Program-made: the position numbers and the translations under genes
Shown: one piece after another, positions 61,540 through 64,000 of the stretch
Layout: every line of letters starts with the position of its first letter
How positions within the stretch are numbered: position 1 is the first letter of the stretch
The notes under the pieces: generated by a model
The model's input: the letters and a program-made list of their open reading frames with translations, nothing else
Databases searched by the model: none
Told to the model about the DNA's origin: nothing
Assembly (NCBI GenBank): GCA_950097015.1
Contig: CATNEN010000001.1
Coordinates: 14,632,001 to 14,696,000 of the forward strand
Origin: Macrostomum hystrix
Lineage: Eukaryota; Animalia; Platyhelminthes
DNA: 64,000 nucleotides
Direction of reading: 5' to 3'

Positions 61540-63568
61540 TCTCCTCCCCCTTCTTCTCCCCTTCTCTCAGCGACTGTCCCGCGGATAGCTCAGCGGGTAG
61601 GCGATTGACTACCGCCTTTCTTTGAGCACCATGTTAAATGGTTTCCGAGGTGGTATCTTCCCTTCCTAGTGAGCACTCCACATTAAACGAGGGCAGGTCA
61701 GTGGTTCAATATCCCTCCAAATTAGTATTCATTGCGTCACGTTGTTCTTGTTTTAGAAAGTCGAGCAGGTTTGACATCCGGCATTCCTCAGCAAGATCGA
61801 AAGCTTCTTTGAGAGCCTTCTGACTGAGGTCGATACCATTCCTGAGCTTTTCCATTTCAGAAGTCAGAGAGAATACTCGTTCACATCATCCTGCAGCGCA
61901 CTTACTTCGTTTTCTGATTCGATTCTCGCTTTCAATGACAAGAGACGCTCTTCGCTAATTTTAGCCCTCGTCGCGGCTTGGCTAACTCCGTGTACACGTT
62001 CGATGTGGATGTATAGTGTACGTTTTAAGTAAGGAAGGGAGCACCCAGGACAGAGCACCTTTTCGTCACAAGGCTTTGGAGGCAGACTCGCCAAAGTAAA
62101 CCGCTTAATCTGCTCCTTCAGGGATTGTATGGAATTGCCTTTCAGCAAATCCGGGTGGCTTTCGTGGATATGCTGTGTGAAGCGAGAGTTTCTTATACCA
62201 TGTGTCGGCACTTCACCTTCTTCACCCTTTTTATGAAAAGGACAGAGGTCGTCTTACCAGCAGAATTTTTTACTGCAGAATCAAATGAACTTAGCGACTG
62301 TTCACCTGGGCTAACTTAAGACATACCAGGATTGGCTTGAGTCGCAGCAGGATAAGCTTGAGGCGCAGCAGGATTGACTTGGGACGCACCGGGATTGGCT
62401 CGACACGAACCTGAGTTAAGTTCTGAAAATCTTTGATTGACTACTTCCGACATAATTTCCTCAATTTTGCAAGGCACGACGCAAAACTGACAATCGCCAA
62501 GAACAGGATTCTGGTGCGCGTTAGTCGTAGACGGAACATCCAACGAAGACATAAATGAAGACGGCAAACCATTGTATGAGGTCAAACCACAATTGTCCGT
62601 CTCACTCACAATTGGTGTTGTAGGTCGCGGTCGCCTATATTCTTCAGCAAACATTTCGTCAACAAGAGATTGCGTATCGTGGCAGGTCTAGTTCGAAAAT
62701 TTCTAAGTCAGCAGCTTCAAATTGACTCTCGACAGTAACCTCAAGACACTGTTCGCTTGACACAGCTGCTTCAGGAGGCTGCTCACTCAATACAGCTGCT
62801 TCAGGAGGCTGCTCACTCGGTACAGCCGTTTCAGGAGGCTGCTCACTCGGTACATCTGCTTCAGGAGACTGCTCACTCGACAAAGCTGCTTCAGGAGGCT
62901 GCTCACTCGGTACAGCTGCTTCAGGAGACTGCTCACTCGACAAAGCTGCTTCAGGAGGCTGCTCACTCGGTACAGCTGCTTCAGGAGACTGCTCACTAGA
63001 CAAAGCTGCTACAGGAGGCTGCTCGCTCGGCACAGCTGCTTCAGGAGACTGCTCACTCGGTACAGCTGCTTCAGGAGACTGCTCACTAGACAAAGCTGCT
63101 ACAGGAGGCTGCTCGCTCGACACAGCTGCTTCAGGAGGCTGCTCACTAGGTACAGCTGCTTCAGGAGACTGCTCACTCGACAAAGCTGCTACAGGAGGCT
63201 GCTCGCTCGGCACAGCTGCTTCAGGAATGCAATTTCTGTTGAAATAGAACTATTTCTATTTAAACTAGATATTTAAACAAAAGATCTATTTTGCATTAAA
63301 CAAATATACTCATTTACAGATCATACAAAAGTTTATCAGTACTAATCACTTTCATTGGAACTTACCGAGGAACAATTTTTCTAGTCCAAATTTTTCCCAT
63401 TTCTTCAAATTGCACCTTGCCGCCTCCTTTAATGCTGCCAACCAAATGCTCACACGTAACATAGTGCCTTTTTCCTTCTGAATGGTCGTCCCACTCAACA
63501 AGGACCTGCCTCGGACCCTTGGAGGTTCGCAAAAAATTTTCTTTTGTAGACTTCTCCTTCTTGGGCAT
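61540..63568 (-). pseudogene. Spliced transposon-accessory-like gene: N-terminal VLVEW domain, 11-aa repeats and C2H2 zinc finger; frameshifted
   Basis: Exon 63568-63366 joins 63235 in phase; 33-bp repeats (SEQPPEAAVP) at 62750-63228; CPGCSLPYLKRTLYIHIERVH; stops and frameshifts downstream of 62659. Confidence 0.55.
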
Positions 63569-63909
63569 GCTCTTCTAGCTGCAACAAAATTTGGCTACTA
63601 ATATATTAACCTTAGCCAAGAACAGCTGAGTTTAAATTTATCTTATCTCAAATGGAGTCAATAGAATAAAGTCTTATATCTGGTAAAAGTAGAATCGGTT
63701 TTATCAAGTTATGACATAAAACTATATACCATGTACCAATTTTATATAGGTTTTAAAATAAAGTTATAGGGTTATATAGGTTTAGACAAATTTATATTAT
63801 AATATTTAGAAGCTTTTGTCTTGCTATAACTAAAAGAATAATAATGTCCCACAATTTGTCTAATTCTACCCTGAATTTGCTTAATCAATTAGCAAATATT
63901 GAGGGTCTA

Positions 63910-64000
63910 TCTATATATATAAAAGTGAAAACTCTGTCTGTCTGTCTGTCTGTGTGTGTGCAACCTTTTGTCTTTATAGACGCCGAAACCGCTCAACCAA
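63910..64000 (+). mobile_element. 5' end of a Helitron (probably non-autonomous), runs off the window
   Basis: A|TCTATATATATAAAA, then (tctg)n(tg)n microsatellite and gaaaccgctcaaccaa, the typical layout of animal Helitron 5' termini. Confidence 0.7.

Overview
Repeat-dense animal (invertebrate-like) genomic DNA with GT-AG introns, CAG/CTG tracts and many minisatellites. It is made almost entirely of nested transposable elements and their cargo, and no conventional single-copy host gene is recognisable. Best supported: (1) a full-length, apparently intact LOA/R1-group LINE (35138-41512, minus; 14-bp TSD; ORF1 plus APE-RT-RNaseH-CCHC ORF2; tandem ~98-bp 5'UTR monomers); (2) a KDZ (Kyakuja-Dileera-Zisupton-type) transposase inside a candidate ~15.5-kb element with imperfect inverted ends and a convergent accessory ORF; (3) CMC/EnSpm-type transposase and DUF4806-like accessory remnants; (4) two mariner derivatives, a hAT MITE, a CORE-like SINE, truncated RTEX-like and I-group LINE ends, and a Helitron-type 5' end at the window edge. 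The most interesting region is ~21-31 kb, a decayed Helitron-like gene cluster. It holds a Pif1-helicase-like Walker A ORF, a Pif1 C-terminal remnant, a spliced RPA70-like two-OB-fold gene, a stand-alone APE endonuclease and a spliced SET-domain gene absent from the ORF track. A decayed SAM-methyltransferase-like gene at 3-4.8 kb is also notable. All family assignments come from manual motif recognition, not from database searches.
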